This document shows, piece by piece, positions 8,499 through 18,462 of a stretch of DNA of 64,000 nt. The stretch spans positions 5,077 through 69,076 of the forward strand of contig JAYUJP010000022.1 in the NCBI GenBank assembly GCA_043765155.1. Reading direction: 5' to 3'. Position 1 is the first letter of the stretch. Each line of letters opens with the position of its first letter. The translations under genes and the position numbers were made by a program. The notes beneath the pieces are model-generated. The model worked only from the letters and a program-made list of their open reading frames with translations, was not told where the DNA came from and made no database searches. This stretch comes from a bacterium (lineage in GTDB: Bacteria; Patescibacteriota; Minisyncoccia; Phycocordibacterales; UBA5272).

Positions 8499-9248
8499 AT
8501 GAGTCCAGCCCTAGAAATAAAAAACCTAACTAAAAAGTATATCGCTGATAAAAGTGGTCCAGCAAAAGTCGCAGTTGACGATGTGTCATTTTTAATTGAA
8601 AGCGGCGACATGCTCGCTTTGCTCGGCCCTAATGGTGCTGGTAAGTCTACTATTATTAACTGTATGGTAGGATTAGTCGACATAACAAGTGGTAGTATAA
8701 AAATAAACGGATATGATAGTGTGAGCGAATATGTTGAGGCCAAGCTAAGCGTTGGCATAGTACCCCAAGAGTTTAACTTTTCTATTTTTGAAAAAGTCAT
8801 AGATATAGTCACTACTCAGGCTGGGTATTATGGAGTACCTAGAAAGTTAGCACTAGAAAGAGCTGAGAGTATTTTAAAAGAATTAGACTTGTGGACTAAA
8901 AAAGATAGTCCTGCCAAGAACTTGTCGGGCGGTATGAAAAGAAGACTTATGATAGCACGCGCTCTTGCCCATAATCCAAAACTTCTCATCCTAGATGAGC
9001 CGACCGCAGGAGTGGATGTAGAGCTACGTAAGAGTATGTGGGTATATCTTAAGAAGCTTAACCAAGAAAATGGAATTACCATAATACTCACAACTCATTA
9101 TCTGGAGGAAGCCGAGGAGTTGTGTAACAAAGTAGTATTTATAAATAACGGAAAAGTGGTAGAAAGTGGTGATATGAAAAATATTATAAATAAATATGAT
9201 AATCAGAAACTAGAAGACATATATCTAAAAGTTATTAACAGAAAATAA
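8499..9248 (+). CDS. ABC transporter ATP-binding protein (ABC-2 exporter type)
   Basis: Walker A GPNGAGKST, signature LSGGMKRRL, Walker B LLILDEPTAGVD. Confidence 0.9.
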   Translation: MSPALEIKNLTKKYIADKSGPAKVAVDDVSFLIESGDMLALLGPNGAGKSTIINCMVGLVDITSGSIKINGYDSVSEYVEAKLSVGIVPQEFNFSIFEKVIDIVTTQAGYYGVPRKLALERAESILKELDLWTKKDSPAKNLSGGMKRRLMIARALAHNPKLLILDEPTAGVDVELRKSMWVYLKKLNQENGITIILTTHYLEEAEELCNKVVFINNGKVVESGDMKNIINKYDNQKLEDIYLKVINRK

Positions 9249-9315
9249 TCTACTAATTAAATAATTTTTTAAAAAATTAAAGTAGTAAAGAAAAAATCAG
9301 AATCGTAAAATAAAT

Positions 9316-10110
9316 ATGTCAAAAATAATAAATAATAAAATATTAAATATACAGGTAGTTGCGATACAGACCATGCTAAGAAAAGAGATGGTCAGGATAT
9401 TTCGCATATGGCCACAGACATTTTTACCAGCTGTGATAACTACGACGCTATACTTTTTGGTATTTGGTAAGTTCATCGGGTCACAGATAGCGCCTGTATC
9501 TGGCTACTCATATATGAGCTATATAGTACCTGGCCTTGTTATGATGGCGGTTATAACCGCTGCGTATACTAGCACCGTGTTCTCATATTTTGGGGCAAAG
9601 TTTATGAAAAATCTAGAAGAGGTCTTAGTAGCACCTGTTAGCTACTCATCTATTATTTTCGGCTATGTACTTGGCGGAGTGGTACGCGCACTTATAACAG
9701 GGTGTGTAATATTGGCGCTCAGTATGTTCTTTGTCAGTATTTCTATATCACATATTTGGGCTATATTATTTTTTATGATCTCAACTAGTATTATGTTCGC
9801 ACTGGCTGGACTTGTGAACGCTATATATGCCAAAAGTTTTGACGACACATCTATTGTTGCTACTTTTGTACTTACACCGCTCACTTATCTTGGAGGAGTA
9901 TTTTATAGCATATACATGCTACCAATATTTTGGCAAAATGTTTCTATGTTTAATCCGATATTTTATATGATTAATGGATTCCGTTACGGATTTCTCGGCA
10001 TTACTGATGTGAGTGTTATAAAAAGCGTTGTAGTCACAACAACATTTTCACTCGTATTTTTCTTTTGGTGCATATATCTTTTTAAAACAAAAAGAGCAGT
10101 TAGGGTTTAG
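9316..10110 (+). CDS. ABC-2 family transporter permease
   Basis: Six predicted TM helices, directly downstream of the ABC ATPase. Confidence 0.8.
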   Translation: MSKIINNKILNIQVVAIQTMLRKEMVRIFRIWPQTFLPAVITTTLYFLVFGKFIGSQIAPVSGYSYMSYIVPGLVMMAVITAAYTSTVFSYFGAKFMKNLEEVLVAPVSYSSIIFGYVLGGVVRALITGCVILALSMFFVSISISHIWAILFFMISTSIMFALAGLVNAIYAKSFDDTSIVATFVLTPLTYLGGVFYSIYMLPIFWQNVSMFNPIFYMINGFRYGFLGITDVSVIKSVVVTTTFSLVFFFWCIYLFKTKRAVRV

Positions 10111-10946
10111 AGGAACTCTATAACTTTTTTAAAGTCTATATCTTCATTAATCATAACAATATCAAAAGCTTCTTGATATTTTTCTAGATTAGAATCACTT
10201 GGTCCAGTTTTTGTATTTTCGTATATACCAATACGTAAAATATTTTTCTTATTTTCTTCTGGCGTATCTACTTGACTATCTTTTACTATGAACGCGTCAT
10301 GAAGTCCATCACCGATTATGATAATATTTTTCTTGATTTGTTCATTACTAATAAAATTATATTTGTTACCACTGTGAATTAAGGGTTCTAGATACCCAGT
10401 CATTACGCCATTATTGCCCCATACCATCTTATTAGAAATTATCTCTATGTTGTCATACGTTATATGATCACGCTCTAGTAATAATTTTATACTATCATAA
10501 CCAAGGCCGCCAGCTGAGAGTATTATAACTTGTATATTTTTATCAAAAGCCAGCTTAAGCATTTCTTTTACGCCAGGTCTAAATACCAACAACTCACTTT
10601 GCACAGCTTGTTGTATATGCTTAATATTTAATTTCTTTTCTATCATTATGTCAAAGTGTTTGGTCCACCACTCATGCATTTTTTCTGACTTATCCGCATC
10701 ACTCATATCCGGGTTCTTTTCTATGGAGTGATAATACTCAAATAGCGCGTGAGCTCTCTCTGCATAGTCTTCATCAAGGTAGTCTTCGCTACGAAGTATA
10801 GAAGTTATGCTTGGCACCTCTACTCCGTTAACTTTGCCGCAGATAAGAGTACGGTCAAAGTCTAAAATAAGAGTTTTGGTATCAGGTTCAGCATTTTTGA
10901 TTACGGATATTTTAGATTGTATTTTTTCTTGTATTTTATTTTGCAT
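10107..10946 (-). CDS. HAD-superfamily hydrolase, cytosolic 5'-nucleotidase III (UMPH-1)-like
   Basis: Motif I LILDFDRTL; ILSAGGLGYDSIKLL and ISNKMVW resemble the pyrimidine 5'-nucleotidase family; IIIGDGLHDA supplies the HAD motif IV. Confidence 0.65.
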   Translation of the reverse strand: MQNKIQEKIQSKISVIKNAEPDTKTLILDFDRTLICGKVNGVEVPSITSILRSEDYLDEDYAERAHALFEYYHSIEKNPDMSDADKSEKMHEWWTKHFDIMIEKKLNIKHIQQAVQSELLVFRPGVKEMLKLAFDKNIQVIILSAGGLGYDSIKLLLERDHITYDNIEIISNKMVWGNNGVMTGYLEPLIHSGNKYNFISNEQIKKNIIIIGDGLHDAFIVKDSQVDTPEENKKNILRIGIYENTKTGPSDSNLEKYQEAFDIVMINEDIDFKKVIEFL

Positions 10947-11037
10947 ATTTTTTATTATTTGTTTATATTTTAATTTGCTTTGTGATAACTATTTCTATTA
11001 AATAGATTATAACATATTTTTATATGCGAGTATTATA

Positions 11038-11046
11038 TGATATAAT
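11038..11046 (+). promoter_or_regulatory. Extended -10 promoter TGATATAAT
   Basis: It lies inside the longest ORF but 16 nt upstream of the in-frame ATG (MDDLKSE), which is therefore taken as the gltX start. Confidence 0.4.
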
Positions 11047-11062
11047 GCTCTTAAATAAATTT

Positions 11063-12877
11063 ATGGACGATTTAAAATCAGAAGACACATCAAAATTAGC
11101 TAGCTTACTTTTCCCAGATATAGCAAATGGCAGCAAAAATAACAGGTCTCATTTTGAACAAGAGAGAAATGCATTAATGGCCAAAAGAGATCTTCAGAAA
11201 AGCATTAACTCTGCAGGTGAGCAAGTTACACCAGAAGTCACCCGCGTCGGACCTAGCCCAACAGGGCCAATGCATATAGGTACGCTATACATGGCGCTGG
11301 TATCAAAGAAAATAGCGCAGCAGAGCGGCGGACTTTTTTATTTAAGAATAGAAGATACTGACAAGGCGCGTGAGGTGGAGGGCGCGAGAGAATTTATAAA
11401 AAGCACTCTGAGCGATTATGATTTAAATTTTGACGAGATATATACGCAGAGTGAGAGAGTAAAAGTATATAAAGCTTTTGCTTATGACCTTGTAGCAAGA
11501 GGCTTAGCCTACCCATGTTTTATGAGTAGCGCGGAACTAGATGCGATGCGCGAAGAGCAGACCGCAATGAAAACAAGACCGGGAGTATATGGTAAATATG
11601 CAAAGAGTAAGGGGTTATCTTTTGATGAGATAGAAAAATTATTGCAAGATAATTCAGAACAAAATAATCTAATAAGCGGCGCCAGCGAAGCTGGCGCCGG
11701 AGAAAGCAAAAATGAAAACAAATTAGAAAAAGTCACTAAAAATAACTTTGTATTAAGATTTAGAGCAAATGGTGATGTAAATAAAAAAGAAAAATTTATC
11801 GACGAATTTTTGGGCGAGCATAATATACCTGAGAATGATGAAGACTTTGTACTACTTAAAAGTGACGGAGTGCCAACTTATCATTTTGCCCACGTTGTAG
11901 ATGATTATACACTCGGTACAACTTTTGTTACGCGTGGTGAGGAGTGGTTGTCGAGTCTGGGTAAGCATTTGGCTTTATGGCGCGCCTGCGGCGCGCCGGT
12001 TCCAAAATACGGCCACATAATGCCTATTAATAAAAAAGAGATAAATGCAGAAAATAAATCAAGCGTGAGAAAGTTATCAAAAAGAAAAGATCCTGAGGCT
12101 AGTATGAGCTATTGGCAGGAAATGGGTTATACGCGTGACGCGATAGTGTCATATCTATTACGCCTTGCTAATCCTGATCTTGATATATGGTGGGACGAGA
12201 AAGTAAAAAGTAATACAGATATAAAAATAAATGAGTATGCTTTAGATCTAAAACAAATGAAAAGAGGAAGCCGTGGCCCGCTTCTTGACTTTGCTAAGCT
12301 AGATAATATGTTAGCTGATCTTATATCTCAAATGAGCGCAAAGGAAGTCTCGGAAAAAGTTTTAGACTATACAAAAAAGTATGATGTAGAATTATTTGAG
12401 ACCATAAATAACTTAGAAAATAAAGACGCAAATTATCTTGAGCAAATATTAAATATAGAAAGAGAGGGAGAACAAAAGAGAAAAGATATAGCCAAGTGGA
12501 GTGATGTGAGGGAGCAAGTATTTTATTTTTATGATGAATTATTTGAAGAGAGAAAAAGAGAGTCAGAAATTTTTACAGAACAAGAGAAAAAAATAGCAAA
12601 GCTATTTGCAAAAAAGTTAGAAGAAATAGGATTTGAAAACTGTATGACAAGCCTCGAAGTTTGGATGGAAAAGATGAAGATGATATACGCCGACAACTTT
12701 GCTGAAAATGAAGAATTTAAAGTAGAAGATAAAATAGGAAATAAATCTGCAGTAAAATTTGGTCAAGTCATGATGATGGTCAGAAAGTCCGTCACAACAA
12801 AAGAGAAAACTCCTAACTTGTATTATGTATTTGAAGTGCTAGGAAAAGAGAGAGTTATTAGTAGATTAAGTAATTAG
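11063..12877 (+). CDS. gltX: Glutamate--tRNA ligase (long form with insertions)
   Basis: Class I motifs PSPTGPMHIG (HIGH), RIEDTD and KLSKR (KMSKS). It has low-complexity insertions (GASEAGAGESKNENK) and a long C-terminal extension. Confidence 0.85.
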   Translation: MDDLKSEDTSKLASLLFPDIANGSKNNRSHFEQERNALMAKRDLQKSINSAGEQVTPEVTRVGPSPTGPMHIGTLYMALVSKKIAQQSGGLFYLRIEDTDKAREVEGAREFIKSTLSDYDLNFDEIYTQSERVKVYKAFAYDLVARGLAYPCFMSSAELDAMREEQTAMKTRPGVYGKYAKSKGLSFDEIEKLLQDNSEQNNLISGASEAGAGESKNENKLEKVTKNNFVLRFRANGDVNKKEKFIDEFLGEHNIPENDEDFVLLKSDGVPTYHFAHVVDDYTLGTTFVTRGEEWLSSLGKHLALWRACGAPVPKYGHIMPINKKEINAENKSSVRKLSKRKDPEASMSYWQEMGYTRDAIVSYLLRLANPDLDIWWDEKVKSNTDIKINEYALDLKQMKRGSRGPLLDFAKLDNMLADLISQMSAKEVSEKVLDYTKKYDVELFETINNLENKDANYLEQILNIEREGEQKRKDIAKWSDVREQVFYFYDELFEERKRESEIFTEQEKKIAKLFAKKLEEIGFENCMTSLEVWMEKMKMIYADNFAENEEFKVEDKIGNKSAVKFGQVMMMVRKSVTTKEKTPNLYYVFEVLGKERVISRLSN

Positions 12878-12883
12878 TACAAT

Positions 12884-13321
12884 ATGAAAGTATTTGATAA
12901 TATAAAAGAAATAGAAACAGAAGATGCCTGGATAGCCAAGACAAAAGTTAAAAAAGGATTAGCTGGATTTGGACTTTTCGCTGAGCAAGAGATCAAAAAA
13001 GGTGAAAAGATAATAGAGTATATTGGTAAGATATTACTGGGTAAAGAGGCAGAAGAAGTCAAAACTAATATGTACCTTTTTGAAGTGTCTAAAAATAAAA
13101 CTATAGACGGTAGTGTGAGGTGGAACAAAGCGAGATACATGAATCACAGCTGCAAAGGTAATAGTGAGAGCGAGATTAGAAAGGGTAGAGTATTTATAAT
13201 CGCTACCAAAAATATTAAAATAGGTGAGGAGATAGTTTATGATTACGGTGAAGTATTTTTCAAAGAGTATATAGGTAAAAATTGTAGATGCGATAGTAAA
13301 AAACATAGTTATCAGAAGTAA
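12884..13321 (+). CDS. SET-domain protein lysine methyltransferase
   Basis: GFGLFA (GxG), ARYMNHSCKGN (NHSC), EEIVYDYG, and post-SET Cys cluster CRCDSKKH. Confidence 0.85.
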   Translation: MKVFDNIKEIETEDAWIAKTKVKKGLAGFGLFAEQEIKKGEKIIEYIGKILLGKEAEEVKTNMYLFEVSKNKTIDGSVRWNKARYMNHSCKGNSESEIRKGRVFIIATKNIKIGEEIVYDYGEVFFKEYIGKNCRCDSKKHSYQK

Positions 13322-13465
13322 ATAAAATAAAAAATAAAGAGTTAAAAGATAGTAATTTAAAGTTTAAATATAAAAAGTGCTAAGCCTCATAGATATTAAA
13401 AAATAAGTTAATAATTAAAACAAAATATAAAATTAATAAAAAATATATAAATAACAAAAATTATA

Positions 13466-13494
13466 CAAATGCAAACGCGAAGTGTTTGCATTTG
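13466..13494 (+). terminator. Hairpin (possible terminator after the SET gene)
   Basis: CAAATGCAAAC-GCGAAGT-GTTTGCATTTG perfect 11-bp stem with a weak T tail. Confidence 0.35.
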
Positions 13495-13659
13495 TATCTT
13501 ATGAGTTATCCACAGAGAGATTATATAAAAACTATTTACAATAAATTTGTATCTGTCATAATGTAAATATGAGAGTGAAAGGCCTAGGTCAAAGTCTACT
13601 GTAAATAAATTAAAAACATTACGGAACACTCTCAAAAGTTTTAAATCTATATAATTACT

Positions 13660-13833
13660 ATGGCAGTAGCAAAAAAGAAAGTAGCAGCTAAAAAAGTTGC
13701 GAAAAAGGCAGTTAAGAAAGTGGTAGCAAAGAAAGTAGCAGCTAAAAAAGTTGCGAAAAAAGCTCCAGCTAAAAAAGTAGCAGCTAAAAAAGTTGCGAAA
13801 AAGGCAGTCAAGAAAGTTGCAAAAAGAAAGTAA
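13660..13833 (+). CDS. Lys/Ala-repeat histone-H1/Hc1-like small basic protein (57 aa)
   Basis: MAVAKKKVAAKKVAKKAVKKVVAKKVAAKKVAKKAPAKKVAAKKVAKKAVKKVAKRK*. It is followed by a perfect terminator. The 156-aa minus-strand ORF over the same DNA is a low-complexity antisense artefact. Confidence 0.55.
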   Translation: MAVAKKKVAAKKVAKKAVKKVVAKKVAAKKVAKKAPAKKVAAKKVAKKAVKKVAKRK

Positions 13834-13852
13834 TATTTCTGAGTATCGACTT

Positions 13853-13893
13853 AAAACAAAACACTTGAATAAAATCAAGTGTTTTGTTTTGGG
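13853..13893 (+). terminator. Rho-independent terminator
   Basis: AAAACAAAACACTTGA-ATAAAA-TCAAGTGTTTTGTTTT, a perfect 16-bp stem. Confidence 0.8.
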
Positions 13894-13971
13894 TATAACT
13901 CTAAAATTTTTCCCTAAAATTAAGATAAATTATAGTATAATAACCTTGAATAAGATAAATAATACAAAAAT

Positions 13972-15024
13972 ATGTTTTTTAGACAAGAAAATAAAATAGT
14001 GACAGCCATAGATATAGGTACAGCCAGTATAAAGTCAGTAGCCATAATAAGAGATGGAGAAAGGTTACTTCTTAATAATTATAATGAGATATATTCTGCT
14101 TCTTATGTGGGGAAAGACGTAGGACAATATGCCAAAATGGGATATTTAGAAATGGGAAAAATAATTAGTGATTCATATAATGAGCTAAAAGTAAAAACAG
14201 ACTTACTAGTTATGGGTATACCAGCTTCAGAATGTATTTTTAAAAATGTGAAAATACCTACACATGTTTTGAATGCAACCGAGGATAAAAATCTTATAGA
14301 TAACATAATAAAATTAGAATTCAAAAAAAATACTATAGGCTTAGACATTTTAAATTATAATTTTACCTTTTCAGAAATAAATCAAAATCAAAATGAGAGA
14401 GAGTATCTTGTGCTTGCTATCAAAAAAGAATATATATCAAATATAAGTAGCATAGCAAGCAGTATTAATAAAAACTATATAATAGAGCCAAATATTTTTG
14501 GAGGTATAGCAATGCTACCACATGAGATAGGAGTAAATAACGTGCTCCTAAATATAGGAGCTAATAATATAAATATAGTATTTATAAATGATGGTAAAAT
14601 TGTCGGCGTAGAAAATATAGAGCAAGGCATAAACAAAGTTATTTTTAATGTAAAGACCTCTATGCTACTTGGCTATAGAGAAGCAAGAGAATCAGTTTTT
14701 GCTTTTGATTATCTAAATGAAGAGGACCTAATATTAAAAGACATAATAAAGTTATCCACAATAAATCTTATAAATGACATTATAGACGTTCTTAATAGAT
14801 ATGAATTAAGATATAATGTAAAGTATAATAAAGTTTATATAGGAGGAAGTTCAGCCAAAATACTTAATACTAAAATTTTTTATGAGAATCATCTCAAAAA
14901 AGAGGTTGCAATTATGAGACCTTTTGAAAGAATAGAGATGCCTCAAGTTCTCCAAGATTCTCTTGTAAAAGATTCTGCTGTATTTATGAACTCAATAGGA
15001 CTCGCCATAAATCATGTAAACTAA
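13972..15024 (+). CDS. pilM: Type IV pilus assembly protein PilM (actin-like ATPase fold)
   Basis: N-terminus AIDIGTASIKSVAI is typical of PilM/FtsA-like proteins. It is the first gene of the pilus cluster. Confidence 0.75.
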   Translation: MFFRQENKIVTAIDIGTASIKSVAIIRDGERLLLNNYNEIYSASYVGKDVGQYAKMGYLEMGKIISDSYNELKVKTDLLVMGIPASECIFKNVKIPTHVLNATEDKNLIDNIIKLEFKKNTIGLDILNYNFTFSEINQNQNEREYLVLAIKKEYISNISSIASSINKNYIIEPNIFGGIAMLPHEIGVNNVLLNIGANNINIVFINDGKIVGVENIEQGINKVIFNVKTSMLLGYREARESVFAFDYLNEEDLILKDIIKLSTINLINDIIDVLNRYELRYNVKYNKVYIGGSSAKILNTKIFYENHLKKEVAIMRPFERIEMPQVLQDSLVKDSAVFMNSIGLAINHVN

Positions 15025-15038
15025 CATAAAAATAATTT

Positions 15039-15791
15039 ATGCCACCAATAAGACAAAATAATACATTTTTAAATACAGGTCAAGAAAATAGACAAGATCT
15101 AAATCCAGCTAATCCGTTTAAAACATTAGGTGTAATATTTTTAATTGTGTCAGTGCTATTAAGTGTAACAAGTTACTTAGTACTTAGCTTTACCGAGAGT
15201 AAAAATGTTAAAATTGAAAATAACATAAAAAGTATAGAAACTAGTCTTACAAATGTACCTCTGTCTGAGATGTTAGTGTTTTATAATAAGATAAGATCTA
15301 TAAACAGTGTTCTAAAGTCTCATTATTATGTTACAACGCATCTTGCGACACTCTCAGACGCAGTAGAATCGTCTACATATTTTAAAAATTATAACTTTAC
15401 AGTAAAAGAAAAAGGAGACAGTGAAATAACCTTTTCTGGAGTAACAACAAATGAGTCTAATGTAGTTAGGCAAATAGATTTATTTAAAAGCGATAAGTAT
15501 AGTAAGTTTATAAAAAGTGTAGAGCTAAAGTCTGTATCAAAGGATCAATTTGATAATATTTTGTTTGATTTAAAATTAACTATAGATAGCACCGTAAAGC
15601 CTGACTATATAATATCTGAGAACTTAAGAGTAAATACCCCGGTTAAAAATATTATACAGACAAATTCTACTAGCACTAATGGCACCGGTACTCAGGTTCA
15701 AATAGGATTTGACTCTGTAGTCAAAGGACAAAAGACAGTATCTAGCTCAACAGCTACAACAACAGCAACAACTAGCATAATAAAAAGGTAA
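15039..15791 (+). CDS. PilN-like bitopic membrane protein
   Basis: Single TM near the N-terminus (LGVIFLIVSVLLSVTSYLVLSF). Position after pilM and the Thr/Ser-rich C-terminus support the call. Confidence 0.5.
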   Translation: MPPIRQNNTFLNTGQENRQDLNPANPFKTLGVIFLIVSVLLSVTSYLVLSFTESKNVKIENNIKSIETSLTNVPLSEMLVFYNKIRSINSVLKSHYYVTTHLATLSDAVESSTYFKNYNFTVKEKGDSEITFSGVTTNESNVVRQIDLFKSDKYSKFIKSVELKSVSKDQFDNILFDLKLTIDSTVKPDYIISENLRVNTPVKNIIQTNSTSTNGTGTQVQIGFDSVVKGQKTVSSSTATTTATTSIIKR

Positions 15792-15793
15792 AT

Positions 15794-16363
15794 ATGAAAA
15801 AAGAAAATATTATAATAATTAGTTTATATGCGATATCTATATTTTTGATAATAGGTGTTGCTTATCCTATATATAGCGGAGGAGGCTTAAAAGTTTTACC
15901 AAATACCTCTAATATAATGTATGAGCTAGCGAGATATGACTCACTAAAAGATTTAGAGTTGGAGGCTCTAAAGTTAAAAGATAATGGTATTATACAGGCA
16001 GAAAACTATATAAATATAAGCCAGGATAAAAAAAGTAGAATAGACGTATCGATACCAGAAAAAATAGATATAGGCCGCAAGATAAATGATCTAGCTAAAA
16101 TAGCGCAGGCACACAAAATGAAAATGTCGGATATAAAGTTTTCTAAAAATACAGTTAACAAAAAATTTCCAGATCTTAACACCTATGACATGTCTATGTC
16201 TCTTGAGGGTGAGTATTTGAACTTTAGAGATTACATAAATACAATACAAAATAGCCTACAGATATATAATATAAAGTCTCTTAGCTTTTCTAGATCAGAC
16301 AGTCAGGATCAGGTATCTAGTTATAAGTTCTCATTAACAGTAGAAGCTTTTGAGCTAAAATAA
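15794..16363 (+). CDS. PilO-like bitopic membrane protein
   Basis: N-terminal TM followed by predicted coiled coil. Assigned by synteny. Confidence 0.45.
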   Translation: MKKENIIIISLYAISIFLIIGVAYPIYSGGGLKVLPNTSNIMYELARYDSLKDLELEALKLKDNGIIQAENYINISQDKKSRIDVSIPEKIDIGRKINDLAKIAQAHKMKMSDIKFSKNTVNKKFPDLNTYDMSMSLEGEYLNFRDYINTIQNSLQIYNIKSLSFSRSDSQDQVSSYKFSLTVEAFELK

Positions 16364-16368
16364 AATAT

Positions 16369-16665
16369 ATGAATAACAATTTTGTAGACAAAACTAAAGT
16401 AGTATTTTACGGATTTATATTAGTGATAACTATACTTGTTACAGGTATAGTGTATTCTTATACAACCTTTGATAAGGCTAGCATAGCCAAAAATCCCATA
16501 TTAGAAACTAGATTTTTTTCTATACTTAATACCTTTAAAAAGGATCAGATAGACTTTTCTAATATATCTCAGCTTTTATCAAATACTTTTGAGACTCTTG
16601 TAGACACACGCACCGAGATACCTTTTATTAAGAGTGAAGGTAGAGTTAACCCATTCTCCCTTTAA
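16369..16665 (+). CDS. Small single-TM protein (pilus assembly accessory?)
   Basis: 98 aa with one TM; its stop overlaps the pilB start region. Confidence 0.4.
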   Translation: MNNNFVDKTKVVFYGFILVITILVTGIVYSYTTFDKASIAKNPILETRFFSILNTFKKDQIDFSNISQLLSNTFETLVDTRTEIPFIKSEGRVNPFSL

Positions 16666-16666
16666 A

Positions 16667-18409
16667 ATGCAAGTATTAGACACGTTATTAAAGAGGAATA
16701 TATTAAGCGATCTTATTTTTAGGGATATAAAAAACTCTATAGATTCTGGTGATTATAATTATATAGAAGATGGTCTTATCAAAAATAATATAGATATAAG
16801 CATATTAAAAGACATAAGATCTGAGATTTTTAATATAGAAAAACGTATAACAGAAATTAAAATAGACAAACATCTCTCTGATTATTTTACCGAAGATTTT
16901 TGTATTAAAAATAAAGTATTACCATTAGAGAAAAATGTACTGGGAATATTAGATCCAGAGCAAAAAGATGTGTTGAGGTCTTGCCAAGAAGTTTCTATAA
17001 AGTTTAATTTGGATTATATTTTTAATATTATATCAAAACAAGAGTATGAAATAGGGCTTGAGCTTTTGATGAAAAATGACTCAAATAATTATAAGTCAGA
17101 AGGAGATACTGACCTGGTAATGAGGGATGTGTCGCATCTAAATGTTAGCAGTGACAAAAAAGAAGCAGATGATATAACTGAGGACCGTATAGACTTTGAA
17201 ACATATAAAGAAAAAATAGAAGAGGTTCCAATAGAGAAAATAATAAATAGTATTTTGTACATGGCTATACAAAAAGAAGCTAGTGACATACATATAGAAC
17301 ATACAGGCGAAAATAGTAGGGTAAGATTTAGAGTTGATGGTACATTAGCTCAGGTATTACAAGTATCACAAAAGCTACACTCTTCACTACTTGCTCGTAT
17401 AAAAATACTTTCTGACATGAAGCTGGATGAAAAAAGAAAACCTCAAGACGGTAGATTTTCGGTACGTGTCAAAAATGGCGAAGTTCTGCATAAGATAGAT
17501 TTTCGTGTCTCCACTATGCCAGCATATTATGGAGAGAAAGTGGTTATGCGTATACTTGATAGCTATAGAGGTATTAAAAAGCTAGAAACTGTAGGATTCT
17601 CTTCTACACATCTGAATCAAATAAGAAAAGCGCTCGAGAGGCCTTACGGCATGATAATAATAAGCGGACCGACAGGTTCTGGCAAGACTACAACTTTGTA
17701 TTCGATGTTAAATGAGTTAGACAGAGAAAAGAGAAATGTAGTATCTCTTGAGGATCCTATAGAATATAATGTTCCAAACATGAATCAGTCTCAAATATTT
17801 CCAGAAATAGGTTACACCTTTGCAACTGGTCTAAGGTCTATACTGCGCCAGGACCCTGACGTTATAATGGTGGGAGAGATACGCGACAAAGAGACTGCTG
17901 AGCTTGCGATACAGGCCGCCCTCACAGGTCACCTTGTATTCTCGACTATACATACAAATAATTCAGTCGGTGTTATAACGAGGTTAATGGACATGGGCGT
18001 AGATCCATACCTCATAGCACCTACTGTCATACTAGCTATAGCACAGAGATTATCACCTATGATATATCCTGGATGCGCCTCACCAGTTGAGATGACCCCA
18101 GCAGTAAGTAATATAATAAACGTAGAATTTGGAGATCTGAAAAATGAATATAAAGAAAAACTAAATCTAGGTAGACCATTTTACGAAGCATTGCCAAGCA
18201 ACGTATCACTCACCGGCACAAAGGGGCGTATGCCAATATTGGAGGTGCTAGAAGTTGATGACGATATACAAAATGCAATACTGGGTAGGAAAAACGAAGA
18301 CGAGATATTTAAAATAGCAAGAGAAAAGGGTATGCTAACAATGAGGCAGGATGCTATGCTAAAGTCTATGGACAGTAAGATACCTTTTGTGGAAATCGCA
18401 AGCTTGTAA
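16667..18409 (+). CDS. pilB: Type IV pilus assembly ATPase PilB (GspE family)
   Basis: Walker A GPTGSGKTTT, Asp box, Walker B and His box (VMVGEIRD..TGHLVFSTIHTN). Confidence 0.9.
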   Translation: MQVLDTLLKRNILSDLIFRDIKNSIDSGDYNYIEDGLIKNNIDISILKDIRSEIFNIEKRITEIKIDKHLSDYFTEDFCIKNKVLPLEKNVLGILDPEQKDVLRSCQEVSIKFNLDYIFNIISKQEYEIGLELLMKNDSNNYKSEGDTDLVMRDVSHLNVSSDKKEADDITEDRIDFETYKEKIEEVPIEKIINSILYMAIQKEASDIHIEHTGENSRVRFRVDGTLAQVLQVSQKLHSSLLARIKILSDMKLDEKRKPQDGRFSVRVKNGEVLHKIDFRVSTMPAYYGEKVVMRILDSYRGIKKLETVGFSSTHLNQIRKALERPYGMIIISGPTGSGKTTTLYSMLNELDREKRNVVSLEDPIEYNVPNMNQSQIFPEIGYTFATGLRSILRQDPDVIMVGEIRDKETAELAIQAALTGHLVFSTIHTNNSVGVITRLMDMGVDPYLIAPTVILAIAQRLSPMIYPGCASPVEMTPAVSNIINVEFGDLKNEYKEKLNLGRPFYEALPSNVSLTGTKGRMPILEVLEVDDDIQNAILGRKNEDEIFKIAREKGMLTMRQDAMLKSMDSKIPFVEIASL

Positions 18410-18462
18410 TATCTAAAAGTGTAGTATAATAAAATTAGGAATAAATATTAACAATAGCTATT

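Noticed and set aside
13408-13878. 156-aa minus-strand ORF (MILFKCFVLS...FFSCYF...)
   Set aside because: It is a low-complexity Phe/Cys/Tyr-rich antisense translation of the Lys/Ala-repeat gene and its AT-rich flanks. The + strand minigene has the terminator and sensible composition.
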